A stretch of 55,182 nt of DNA from assembly GCF_024521635.1 (NCBI RefSeq), contig NW_026250420.1, forward strand, positions 744,001 to 799,182, read 5' to 3'. This DNA comes from Tricharina praecox (lineage: Eukaryota). This document shows, piece by piece, positions 12,571-24,967 of the stretch. The notes below the pieces were generated by a model that saw only the letters and a list, made by a program, of their open reading frames with translations, did not search any database and had not been told where the DNA came from. Made by a program: the position numbers and the translations under genes. Numbering within the stretch: the first letter of the stretch is position 1; every line of letters begins with the position of its first letter.

Positions 12571-13981
12571 GAGATGGTACGTATACATGTACCTACTCAA
12601 GTATGTACTCCAAGTAGAATAGTCTTAGTATATGGACAATATGAATGATGAAGGACGGAGGTCATGGATGAACCGGGCAATGAGAAATACAATAGAGCAC
12701 AATAGCTCTTGTTTGTTTGTTTCATCATCATAGCATTCGATCTTATCAGATCATGGCTGTACACACGTCCAGTTCCACCACAATAGATCTACAAGAAGTG
12801 TTCGGAAAAAATAGCACCGCTCGAAGCGTGCCCGAGTGATCCCTGGTGCTTAGGCCTCAACCCGAGCCATTCGATTATGATCTCGTCAATACTAAGAGTA
12901 ATCAGGGGCAACTAGAGTATTTACACAAGATATCGCTGAATACGCCACCGTCGTAACCCAAAGAAAACGTGACCAGCGAACCCATCTGCCAGTAGACTGT
13001 AGTAAACCCGATCAAGCCACAAAGGTATCCGCAGCCACGTGCACGCCTTACACGGAGTCACGGACGTCGGACAGTTCCTCGGCCCGAGTCGGACGCAGTA
13101 ATTTCCGCCCATCCATCCATCCAAGCCGATCGCCGTCCTCCAGGAAAAAGGGGAAAAAATGGCCCCTGACGTCATCGCTGGTCGCTGGGAATCACTGAGG
13201 GATCACGCCGCTTGGCTTGAAGCAGATCTTCGAAGAAAGCGACGGTGGGGAATACCCAGGACTGGACCTGGCGGGACATGACGGGAGAAAAAGGCTCCGA
13301 GTCTGCATCGAACCACTACGTGCGAAATTCCACTGCTTCCTTTGCTGCCCCGTCCCGTCGGCGAACACTCGAGTCTCGTGACCATTCTACGGTACACAAC
13401 GCTGCTCCGTAGGAGGGTGGGAATACACGTAGGTATCATACGATGTGTGTCTGTGGCGCTAGGTATCGCTTCTATCCTGCAGCGAGAGAAGCTTCTCGCG
13501 ATCAGATGGGAGACGGACTTCTACATATCCACCTACCTGGTATGCTTCCATTTTCACGAGCTGAGCTCGAACTCGAACATTTGTGGCAGAGTCATACACC
13601 GCTATAAGTAATACGGCACTCTAGGGGCTCTATAACGAGCGTGCGAGCCAAAGATCACTGGCCGGTAGGTAGGGTTTCTTTAATCCTCAATCATGAACAA
13701 TCACTTCGTCGTGAATCTCGACACTTCCGCTTCGCTTCCCCCCAACAGCCACAGGCCTCGTGGACTGAGCGAGTCAGGGAAAGGACCGTGAGTATGTACT
13801 TAAAACTGTTGACTGGATTTAGTTGAATACTGAATGATGAAACAAAATAAATCCTCAACTTTACAGACCGCCCCTCCAAGCCCACCTACTCCAGAGTATT
13901 ATGTATCCCGCACGCCGACTCGCCGAACACATGCGACATCCCGACTCGGTCGCCCACACACCACCAACCGTTGGCATGTCG

Positions 13982-14925
13982 TTATCCCGTAGCCCACCGT
14001 CCTAACACCCCTAACCCCTGAGCCGGTCCTCTCTTATCTTGTGCGCTCTCCTTAAGTTGCATTGGTGGCGTCAGCACCGCGCAGGGTTTCTGAACGGCGA
14101 GCAGAAACGTCCTGGGCATCAGCATCAATTCGGATAAATGGCTGAAAGTAGCATTGCGCGTGCACGGCGACGTTCGCTCCGGATATTTGATGAGCTCGAG
14201 AGGGACAAGAAAGAAAGTGAGGTCTCTTGGCAAGCTGAGCTCTCGTTTCCCCACGCTATCGTAGTAGACCCTATCCTAACTGGCCAGCGTGTAGGGGAGG
14301 TTAAGCGCTAAGCGCCGGACTGCTAAGAGGACGGCAGGTCGAACGGAACGGCATTCTTCAGCACGATTCCGCAGGATAGCTTGGGGGAAGTGGCATGTGC
14401 GGATACCCCTTTGTCAGGCGATGGGCTCCAACAGCAAGGTCGAGCCGGATTCCAAAGCAGGCCCCATCCATTGAAAATGTTTCAAGCCGATGGCTGAGAT
14501 GCTGGACTTTGACCGCCATGCATCTCCCATTGGAGAGCTCGTCAGCTATCTGAGACGGTGAGAGATGACGATGATCGCTCACGGCTGGTTGGCCGGGAGA
14601 TCATTATATGGCTTGCATGGCCCGCCCGGACCGGAGCTTCCCATCCCTGTTGGTACCTACGCAGAGCAACCAGCAGATCCCCCTCGTCTATCTCGTCTAA
14701 AAGTGCCCGCGCCGCGTGGGGGGTTCCGCACCAGTACATAAAACCATTTAGTCAGATCATGAACGCAGCTAGCTCTTCGGCTTGCAACCCAGCTGTCAAA
14801 TCATCTGCTCCACGGATTGGCCACGATACCTGGTTCCCTGTGTTCCGCCGTCAATGCGCTCGCTCGCCATGCCGTCCATCGCTCTAGGGGTTCACATTAA
14901 AGGAAAGTACCGCGTTGATTTGCAT
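13982..14925 (-). pseudogene. Probable degenerate multi-exon gene of unknown family
   Basis: TATA-like TATATA and CACCATG at 14925, then a GT-AG intron. Protein-like reading VSWPIRGADDLTAGLQAEELAAFMI*LNGFMYWCG... has an in-frame TGA at 14752-14754 and a second TGA at 14358-14360. A further segment reads DRVYYDSVGKRELSLPRDLTFFLVP. Confidence 0.35.
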
Positions 14926-15060
14926 GGTGTGGCTAGGAGATGGAGGGGGAAGGGGGGAAAAGGTAGATATATATGTAAACCAGCCAGCCCACCCGCCTAG
15001 GAAGATCCTTCCTCCCTCCCACCTCTCCGTCGGTCGATAAACATCAACACGGAATAAACG

Positions 15061-16803
15061 ATGGCGCGAAACTTTCAGCGAGGCCCACCAACTCAGGCGG
15101 ATGTCCAATCGGGACTCGACATGGAGGCGGAGATGCGACGATTGGTGGCCGAGAAGGCGGCACTTTCGGTATCCAGGGGGCCGAGTCCGCGGGGTGCTTA
15201 CGGAGCCATGCCGAAGAGTTCCACCACCAAGACGAAGATGCAGCTGTGGGGGATGGGTTCGGCGACGACGGTATCCGTGCCCATAATGGTAGAGGAGACG
15301 GGAGCGGAGGACAGCGCAGGACTGCATCATCATGCGTTTCCACGGGGAGCACCCAGACCACCGCCACCGACGCCGACGACGACGCGGGACGACGCCTCAT
15401 CTTCGAAATCTCGGTCGTCACACGATAAGAACGTGCTGGAGGATGTCCTCGGGATATATCCGGCAGAGAATAAGCTGCCGCCTGGGAAGAGTGCGGCCGA
15501 TGAGTTCGTGGCGACTATTGCGAAGAGGTTTCAGCTGGGCAGGCGGAAGAGTAGCATTTCGTCGTCGACAGGGAGGAGTATTTCGACTGTGAGGTCATCT
15601 TCGGCCGCCGGTGGGGATGCTGCTTCGTACAGAAGTGGTGTCAGTGGTGGCGGTGGTGGTGGTGGTGGTGGTGGTAGTGCTGCCAATGAGCGTCGAGCAT
15701 CCAACTCAATCCCGGAGAATAACCCCCTCGTTATCATCGAGCCACCTCGATCAACGTCGAGAGAGCGAGGTCGCGGAGGGGAGACAGGTGATCGGCTCCG
15801 CGCACGGTCTCGGTCCAAGGGAAGAAAAGGCCCAAAATATGTACCTCCAGGCCCATCGAACGAAGGAGTCTATGCCACCATGCCATTGCCCGCCGTTCCG
15901 CCATCACCATCGTTCCAAGTACCGCCATCCCAGATCCTCCTCAGTGCAGATACACTCGCCGAGAAGACTCGCCTGGCACAGTCTCGAGGAATTGATATCG
16001 CCGAATGGACCGAGTCGGTGTCGCCACGGCCACCGAGTGCTGTTACGACAGTCTCCGATTCCCAGCTCTCGCCCACAACCGATCGCCGGCGGCATAGCCA
16101 TAGTTCATCATCCTCCAGAGCTTCCTTATATATCAAACGACTCTCCTTCCACCGGCCAACCCCAGAAATGCAAGCCCCTCCATTCACCGCATTCTCCCGA
16201 AGGAGGAAGCCCAGCACACGGATGTCCGTCTCTTCTGCCGGCAGTAATGTGGCATTCCCATATGCATACGACCTCAGCGAAAGCGGAAGCACGGGCTCAT
16301 CATCGGCCAGGGCCGAACGGACATCTCAACCACCACCAGCATCTCCACCACGACGACAGCCAGCCTCGCCACCTCAAGCCCCTTCCATTCCTACCGACAG
16401 CGGCTTCTATGGCGAGTCCGACGATGACATGTCGTTCTATCTGCACCGAGACTCGGATGAGGAGACCCTCCACCTTCCCGACACTCTTGATGAAATATTC
16501 GACAAGATGGATCTGACAGATCTCGAGTCGAGCACCACCACCGAGGTTCCACAGGACGATAGTGAGGAAGAGGAAGAGGAAGAAGAGGAGAAGGGTTACT
16601 GCGGCGCCGATATCTACGACGAGTACACTCGCGCCTCGTTACTCTTTCCGAAGGATGAGGCGTACGACTGGAAGGATCGTAGGCGTGGGACGATATTTAT
16701 GGGGAACCCGAAGCCTCCCATCGCGCGTCCACCAGTTAAGACGGGATTGGATGCGGAGATCGAGACGTATTTGGCGGAGAGAAGGAGGTTGATGCAACAG
16801 TAG
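15061..16803 (+). CDS. Hypothetical Ser/Arg/Pro-rich, probably disordered protein (580 aa)
   Basis: Long uninterrupted ATG-initiated ORF with an acidic C-terminal tract; no recognisable domain. Confidence 0.75.
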   Translation: MARNFQRGPPTQADVQSGLDMEAEMRRLVAEKAALSVSRGPSPRGAYGAMPKSSTTKTKMQLWGMGSATTVSVPIMVEETGAEDSAGLHHHAFPRGAPRPPPPTPTTTRDDASSSKSRSSHDKNVLEDVLGIYPAENKLPPGKSAADEFVATIAKRFQLGRRKSSISSSTGRSISTVRSSSAAGGDAASYRSGVSGGGGGGGGGGSAANERRASNSIPENNPLVIIEPPRSTSRERGRGGETGDRLRARSRSKGRKGPKYVPPGPSNEGVYATMPLPAVPPSPSFQVPPSQILLSADTLAEKTRLAQSRGIDIAEWTESVSPRPPSAVTTVSDSQLSPTTDRRRHSHSSSSSRASLYIKRLSFHRPTPEMQAPPFTAFSRRRKPSTRMSVSSAGSNVAFPYAYDLSESGSTGSSSARAERTSQPPPASPPRRQPASPPQAPSIPTDSGFYGESDDDMSFYLHRDSDEETLHLPDTLDEIFDKMDLTDLESSTTTEVPQDDSEEEEEEEEEKGYCGADIYDEYTRASLLFPKDEAYDWKDRRRGTIFMGNPKPPIARPPVKTGLDAEIETYLAERRRLMQQ

Positions 16804-17491
16804 CGATTCCATTCCCTTATTTCTCCCGGTTAGCTGTATGTACCGCGTACACCTGTGGATCTTACATTACTTTGCTTTTGCCTCTTTTTTGTGCTTTCTA
16901 GGTTGGTTCGGCTTGGGTTGGGAGTTGGTTTCAGTTCGAATTCTGTCTGTATTTCTACATACCATTCTCCTTGGGTCGTTTGCGGTGGCGCCGTAATGTA
17001 ATATCAGTAATTCTTGTTTGATGTAGCTGCTCGAATGGTTGGCGCCTCACCTTACGAGGAAGCATCTCTCGGTCAGGAGAAGTCAGATATGGGTTGATAG
17101 TTGGAGGTGGGGATGTGAAATGGGTATTGATGTGAGTTTCGAGTCTCTATTCACCGGCAGCAAACATTAACCGGGCGAAGAGGTATTGATTCCAATTGTT
17201 TGCCTCCAGCCTGCCAAGCCTCATTCAGTCCTTGGAAACGTGACCGAGTGACCGTTCATACCGCGGCCTCCGGTGCTGCTTGTTGCTACGATATCCTATG
17301 CACTCTCACCTCAAACGGATTACCAGCTCGAACCACCCCGCCATATTTGGAACTCCAGCCTGGAACTTCCATTCTCCCTAAACACTCTACCATCACAAAC
17401 TCATCCAGCTTCCACACCCCACCCTCAATCACAGCCGCAACATCTTCTATTAGTTCTAAATCTTCCACAACACCCATACACTCTTCTTACC

Positions 17492-18832
17492 ATGTCTTCT
17501 CCCAAGCTCCGTACCGACTCTTCTCCCAATGCAGCTCCTCCAGCTCGCAGGTCAGCCTTCCAAGTCGTCATTGAGCGTTCTCCCACCCTCGCTAGTACCC
17601 CGAGCTATGCGAGGCCAACCGCTGCCAGCTTGAGCAGGACACAGGAGATAGTATGTTCCTTAGTATGTTTGCTTTCCAAGAAAGATTAACTCATAGGTGT
17701 GCAGTCGAATGCGAGGAGGAGCAGCGAGCCAGAATCGGTGCAGGCGTTGCCAGCGGCAACCGAGAAGAAGCAGAAGAAGGGCAAGATCACGAAGCCGGTC
17801 GAGACGACGAAGGACAGCGAACGCAGGCCGACGTCCCAAAGAGTTCAGGAATTGAAGGAGGCCTGGAAGTTGATGATTGCGGCGAAGAACAGGGAGAGAA
17901 AGGAAAAGAAGAAGATGGAGATAAAGGAAAAGAAGGAGAACACCGTATCGTCACGAGTGATGGTGAAGGGTATAAAGACGGCGGCAGAGAGGAAACCATC
18001 CAACAAGAAGATAGTGATGCCATCTGGGGTCATGATACGAACGACAAAGTCTATGATGATGGCGAAGACGAAGAAGAAGGAGGGCAAGCTGGAGCTTGAA
18101 GAGAAGCACAAGAAGGAGATACAGCCGGTGCCATTCGTGGTAGCAATGCCGGCAGCGAAGAGGCAGGGGCCTGAGCAGGAGCCTAAGATTGTCGAGCCAG
18201 CCTCCAAGAAGGCAGAGAAGAAGGCAGAGAAGAATGCGAAGAAGAATGCAGAGAAGAGGGCAAATAAGACAGCGATTCTGCCCCCCAAAGCGAGGGCTTC
18301 GGGGCCGTCCCCCAACTCCTCTGTGGGAAGGAAGACTGCGGTTGAACGGAAGATGTCCGTACCCAAAGAGAAGACGACCCCGCCACCGAAACCCTTCGCC
18401 GCCGCCGCACGCACAAGTGAGCCTTCGAAGGCTACGAAGACGAACGTACTCGCCAATCTTACGGTGCCAAAGAATAAACCCACTACGAAAGTGGCAAACA
18501 AGAGGAGGGTCACCGATTCCTCCCTCGAACGGCCGCAGCCGCCGTCGAAGAAGCCGAAGCCCAACGAGGAGTCATCTACGCTCCATTCTACGAGACCACC
18601 CGGGATCAGCAAGATCCCCCAACCGGTCGCAGACATTATAAAGCGTGCCCATGCACTTCAACCTCGGCTTTCCCGCTTCCATCTATCCAAGCTTGAGCCC
18701 GCCAGGCCTACCTACTACGGTGGAAGGACGCCGGCACTAGTAGCCAGGACAATGGAGTGGCTGGAAAATGTAGAGATCCCTTTTGGGGCTTCGACGCCTG
18801 TTCCCTCCGTTAAGCAGGAGGAGGAGAGCTGA
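17492..18832 (+). CDS. Hypothetical Lys-rich basic protein, 2 exons
   Basis: ATG 17492 (ACCATG). A phase-0 intron 17651-17704 (GTATGT...TTAAC...GCAG) joins MSSPKLRT...QEI to the 377-aa ORF. NLS-like PPSKKPKP. Confidence 0.7.
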
Positions 18833-18864
18833 GGGGTGGAGGAGAGGTATGTTTTTTTCCTCGT

Positions 18865-19150
18865 GCAATTAGGTTTTCGGAGGAATAGGAAGGTTATTAT
18901 TCTTATTAGAATTACTACTGATGCCGTATAGTTGGTGATGTTTGCTTCCTACTTTGTTTTGCGTCCAATTGGGTTTCCGGAGGAATAGGAGGGTTCTTGC
19001 TCATACTGGTGCCGTATAATGGGATGGATTTGCTTTTACTTTGTTTTGCATGCAATTGGTTTTTCGGAGGAAAAGGAGGGTTGTTATTCTTACTGAATTA
19101 CTACTGGTGCCGTATAATTGAAAATGTTTGCTTTTAAGTTTGTTTGCGCG
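18865..19150. repeat. Three degenerate ~85-100-bp AT-rich direct repeats
   Basis: The unit CAATTrGkTTTyCGGAGGAAwAGGArGGTT...TACTGrTGCCGTATArT...TTTGCTT...TTTGTTT recurs near 18865, 18965 and 19052. Confidence 0.75.
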
Positions 19151-19301
19151 TAATCGGATGGTCTCATATTTCCACACGCTGTCGTTAATGTTGCGTGATA
19201 TCTCATGACGTCAAGGATTTCCGGGTAACCAACCCCGCCATCCCGCGTCAAATATTTCGTGCCGTAATCAACGAACTGCGACACGCACCACACGCACCGA
19301 A

Positions 19302-19768
19302 ATGTTCACATTGTGAGTCCTCTCGCACCCACCCTCCACTGACACGCATCTGATAGCCAATATAGATATAGACGAGCACTCTCGCAGCTCACGCGAGTCG
19401 GCGTGCGCCACCTGCACATCTCCATCACCAAGCCGCCCACCCCAGCACCGACGACCCAAGTCCCCGACGTGACAACGTTCCTCACCAAGATCGGCCGCAA
19501 CTGCCAGGTCCACGCCGCGAAGTTCACCGAGTGGGCCACGCTGTTCGATGCCACATCGACGCAGCTGAAGGAGCTCGGAATCGAGCCGTCGCGCACTCGC
19601 AGATATATCATCCGCTGGCGGGAAACTTACAGGCGCAACAACGGGAAGGTTAAGCTGCACGAGCAGAAGCGTGGCGTCAAGATTGATGGTGGTGAGAGGA
19701 GGCAGAAGGAGGTCAGGGCTAAGAGGTTTGCTGAGGAGAGGAGGATCGCGGAGGGTAGGGAGAGGTAG
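19302..19768 (+). CDS. FYV4: Mitochondrial IGR-motif protein / small ribosomal subunit protein mS41, 2 exons
   Basis: ATG 19302, intron 19313-~19371. MFTLRALSQLTRVGVRHLH (presequence) ...PDVTTFLTKIGRNC...WATLF..TSTQLKELGIEPSRTRRYIIRWRE matches the IGR domain. Confidence 0.88.
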
Positions 19769-22700
19769 ACTGAGGAGAGGAGGATCACGGAGGGTAGGGA
19801 GAGGTGGAGCGGTGGATGTATGGTACCTACGGCAGGCAGGCAGCAGCAGCGGCAGCAGCAGCAGCTTTTTTGTTTAATCATTTGATTGATTGAGCAGCAG
19901 CAAAAGCAGCAGCGGGGCCTCGAGGCATGGAGTGATCAATCATGAAGGCAGACTCCGCCACACCTCCAATTCTTGCCGCAAGACATAGTGCCATCCACCC
20001 ATCCATCCATCCATCCACATCCACCCATCAATTGCCACCGAACCCTGTATATACCGAAACCGGATAATATGTATTCCGTCTGTTTCCGCGCCCCTCCCCC
20101 GGCCCCCCCAGCCACACATGTATCCCATCCCTACTCTACATACATACATACATGCTATACTTCACACGATGACGTTTGTGCCCGGCCAAAGACGGCAGCC
20201 TGATGCGTATGCGTGCGGGGGCTCCTCGATTGGCGAGGTGTGGTGTGCCTAGTGTGGGTGATGTTTCGATTCGGTATGATCCAAGGCCGATATGCTTACA
20301 TTTCCATCATCGCCGGTCACTAGGTACCTACGGTACGCCTGTTTACTCGCTATCGAAATAAGACTTTGTTTGTTGGATGCGGAGTAGGATGGATCATGGG
20401 TGGGCACTGGGCACTGGACACTTTGTTTATCTTAGCGGCGGCGGTGTGGGTGGTCCAGGTATCCAGGTATCTATCTGATCCATCTCACCCGGGCGGGCCA
20501 GTCAAGCCACGTCACGCCACATATCTGATCCATCTCACCACAGCGCGCAGGCGGGTCAAGCCACGTCACGCCACAGTCGAATCCTTCGTCCACGACTACG
20601 AGTCCGGCCGGGTTGGGTTCATGGATCCATCCTGATTTGATTCCTCCCTGTCAGGAAGTGGCTGGCCCGAAAAAAGCCAAGCACCAACCAACGACCAAGG
20701 ACCAAGGGCCAAGGAGAAAAGTCCCTCGCCTCCACCGCCTCTTTTCTTCCTTCGCAACAGCCACGCTGCGGACAGGACTGTGGACTGTGGACTGTGGACT
20801 GTGGATTGTGGCATCCCCCCTCGTTTTTCTTTATTTTTTCTTTCCTTTTTTCTTTTTTTCTTTCCTTCTTTTCGAAAACTCCCAAAATCTATTTTACCTG
20901 GTAAACCAGGAGGAAGGGACTCGGGAGGGAGGGAGGTGCCCGCGTCCGCGCCCGCGCCCACATCCGAATTCCCGCAGCGCAGTGCAGTGCATCTCTGCGC
21001 ACTTGCAAGTTTCTCCACTCCACCTAGTTTATTTTTCCTTCCTGGCCTTCTGGAACAGAGAAAGTAGCGACGGGCGGATGGCGAAACAAATCGAGGAGCA
21101 CGAGCAGCAGGAGCAGGAGGAACTGGAGGAGGAGGAGGAGGTGGTGGAGGAGGAGTGATGCCACAATTACAATTGCTTTTCTGCCACAGTTCGTATCATT
21201 ACTATTGGGCGGACGCCGCGCATCCCGGCGGCGGCGGCGCTGCATACATGCACTCCTTTCGAGCGACCTTTCAGCCCCACACACCACAAACCACACACCG
21301 CACACCACACACCACACCATGCTGCGAGCTCAGAGCTCAGAGCTGCGGGTGTGGGCACTGAGCTCTGGCTGGGCACTGGGCGGGGAATCAGCCGCACATA
21401 GGTACAGCCCGAATTACTGGAAGCGGAGAATGATGGGATTTTTGCTTGTATGGTGGCTCGCCGAGCCCCGGTGAGTGGTCGAGGGCGGTGATGGAAGCGC
21501 TTATCGCGGTTCGGCGATGGCTTGTTTTTCGCAGCGAGAGGTCTGTGGGGTTCCGGTGACGACTACGGTACTTATCCACTTCACTGGGGACAGCTGCAAG
21601 TATGTACTGGTATGATACATATCCACGGAAAGGATAAGTTGTCGTGTAGAGCAGTGGCCTGTGGTTGCGCAGACGGACGGAGACAACTACGACTTGGGTA
21701 GTGCGAAGTTCGAACCACGATACATTCGGAAACCGTGGTCGTCAAAGCCGTTGCAGATGACCGATGGGCAAACCTGTTGGACCTATCTATGGGATCGGTT
21801 GGAATACCTAGTGGATGTCGTTGTCCATGCTGAGCTTTTGTTTTTTGTTTAATCATATGATTGCATACGACCCATCTACCTACCTAGATCATGGCAATAT
21901 CTATCCATACACATTCCGTTTCTATGCCACAGTCTAACTCGTCTTTCGTGGGTGGCTGATTCGCCGTTCCGTTGGTTGAACGGTCGAAGTCGTCCTGTTG
22001 GTTTTGTTTTCTTTTCAAGTTTTCAGTGTTCAAGTTTCCGTTGGTGGCTGGTGGCGCAATTCCGCGTTTCTTGCTCTGGTAGGTAGAGGTCCCCAAACCT
22101 GACTGGGTGGTCTGGCTGGCTGAAGGTACTTGGGTACCTACTTCATCACAACTTGGACTCGGTATGATAACTACAAAGCCACTGTTGGTGTGGCTTGCAT
22201 GTCTATCTGCTGGGATCTGATTGTCGGCGGATAAAAGTGGTGCCAAGGCAGGAATTGATGGAGACCAAGACTCAGATTGCGGTTCGGATCTTGACGATGA
22301 AGGAGCCGTATCCAGAGTAGAGTTGGTACCTAACCTACCGTACAAAACTCTGCACACCCCAGCGGGCGCCGGGTACTCGTACATGCATACGAGTAGGTAC
22401 TGTACTCTAGGATAGAGCACAATCTACAGGAAAGCTAGAAGCACCACTCGTTCTGGGGTACTATGAAGACGAGAGCAAATCTATAAATGTTCTTCTCTCG
22501 CGGAAGTTGATCGATGTCGAGGTAGTCATGATGATGGAGGTCGAGGTGGAGGTTGAAGGTGGTGGAGTTGGAGAAGTCGGAGAAGTCGGAGAAGTCGGAG
22601 TCGGTGGAGGTGATGGTGGTGGGGGAGTGGTTGGTGTTGGTGTTGGTTGGCTGGGGTTGGTGTGGATGTGGCCGGGGTAGTGTTGGGACCGCTGCTCTGT

Positions 22701-24967
22701 TGAGGCTGAGCACACCTGCGAGATGGATGGCTGGCTGAGGCTGAGCGAGGAAGCACCACCACCCAGCTGCACGATGGATGGACGGCTGGTTCGCTGGAAT
22801 GAAGGGGAGAGGAAGCATTTCCCGGTCCGATCTCAGGGGTTCCGAGAGACGTTGGTACGAGTGGCACGAAGAAGAAGAAGAAGAACCAGATGAAGAGAGG
22901 ACTTCGTTACTTATATGTGATGAACACCGAGACGGTACCGACGACTACGACGGCAAGTTCTCCAACGCTTAAAGAAAAACAAAAAAACGGACCGGATGGT
23001 TCGATACGAAGATGGCTGATGATGTTGGTGATGGTGATGACGCTTGGTTTCTTTTTCACCTTCTCCCGCCCTGTGCTTGTTGGGTTAGTGAAAGCGAAAA
23101 GGTAAGGGAAAAGCCACACTTTGCGCTCCTCCCTTACCACACACAACCTTCCCCCCCTAACCACCACCTCCACATTTATCCGTCAGCACCCACCACCCAC
23201 CACCTCCACCACCCACCATCCACCCACCATCCACCACCGCCCCCCAACCCTCGAACTTCCCCCCGGCAGAACGCCACGATCACGAACCCGCCCACCACCC
23301 ACCACACCCACTATCCTCCACCACCTATTAACGAAACCACAGAAATCCATCCCGCCCGCTAAAGGCCACTGCCACTGTCACTGCCACTGCCAGTCCCCAA
23401 ACCAACTCTCCAACATCAACATCTACCACCTACACCACCATCACCAACCTCCAACCACCACCACCACCTCCACCACCCACCGCCTTAGATACTGCCACCG
23501 CTGCGCAGCTTCGTCAAGCGCCCGTAGCTTTGCAACTTTCCCTACACACACCTGCTCGTATTGTAACTCTACACACCCGACCCGTCGTCGCTACCGTCCG
23601 ACGTTTGGCGCGCCCTTCCCCGAAGCCTACCTGCCTGCGCGATCGCCGCATCACGACTTACCCCCATCGCTCGCCTCACCTCCAATTGATTCTACTCGGA
23701 CTCGACTTCTCGCGTCGCTGTTCCCGATAACTCGATCGACTAGCTACTACTCTTTCTCCCCTCTCTCTCCCATTGCTGACCCTCGCGCTTGTCCCGAGTG
23801 TCGGCAAATTGTCCGGATCCTAGAGTCTCACTCGTACTGGAGGATGCGAAGTCCGTCGCAGCCGCTTGCGATAGTATTACAGCCTCACTGCTGATTCTCA
23901 CCCACCACCACCGGGGGAAGACAACAACTCCGTCATTCATCGCTACTTAGTTCAATTCGATCCGGTTGCTTTCGCCAAAAAAATAATAGAAGCTCTGCTG
24001 AGAACGGTACGTGCTTGACGCTGATGATGTCTTGTTTCGTGCATTCGTTCTCCCTCCTCCATCCAATACAGAAACAACCAACTCCATCCTGCTCACTCGC
24101 CAGATGGTGAACTGTTCCTGACCCTCTCCCTCCCCAATGCCGTCGATATCGTCGCCGCTGCCACCGTCTTTGCTGCTGTCGGACGCGTGCAGTGATGTTT
24201 ACCGTCGTCTCGTTCACCTCATCCTGCAACTCGGTACCACTAATGCAGGTCATCGTTATGATCGTCCGTCATTGAGCTTCTGTTCCCGTGCACTCGCGCT
24301 GGATGCCGTTTCCAACACTATACTACGCGGGGTCGATATTTATATCTCTTGTGGTTCATGGCTCTTCATTTGTTATCCTCACACGAGCTATGGTTTCGCG
24401 GATTCCCGTTGGGGTTGTGGTTTTTTTTTGGCAAGGATTCAGGGCTGATGCGAAGCTTGGAACTTTAGATTTCGAGTTTCTATCAGCCTCACAGCCTTCA
24501 TTCTGTCTTTGCTGGACCCCTCAAAACACTACACCACTTAAAGTCCTCCGGAACATTCGTTCATCTTTCCCTCCAGTTTCGGTTGAATCAATTTTCTACC
24601 ACTGACACCGCCACCACCACCATCTATCCTTCACCACTTTGCTTCTACGTCGGATAAGTAAGCTATAATTCCCTTCAGCAGCACTTTTCCCCTTTCCCCT
24701 CTCCCCCACGCTTGAATTTGGCAGCTTTGCGCATGTTGCACACGATTCGCCCGTCGGCTCCGAGTACGATGCTCTCTCTCTGCATCTGGACCTATTTTGC
24801 TGGGCTGCGCACTGTATTCCCCTCCCCCCTCTCATATTTCTTGCCACTCGAACGTCATTGGTTTGAGCAGTTGATTATTTTCTTGCGTGTTGCGTGCTAC
24901 TTGGCAGCTCGAAATATGGTAAACTGACGCCACAATTATCAATAATAGAAACAGCTTCGATAGTACT

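Noticed and set aside
11572..12600. 342-aa minus-strand ORF
   Set aside because: Antisense to the choice-of-anchor B exons.
21648..21728. A-box/B-box-like motifs (TGGCCTGTGG...GTTCGAACC), possible tRNA or SINE
   Set aside because: T-stem and acceptor stem do not pair; no cloverleaf.
23012..23894. Pro/His/Thr-rich ORFs
   Set aside because: Arise from CCA-rich promoter/leader sequence; non-ATG or weak starts and no domain.
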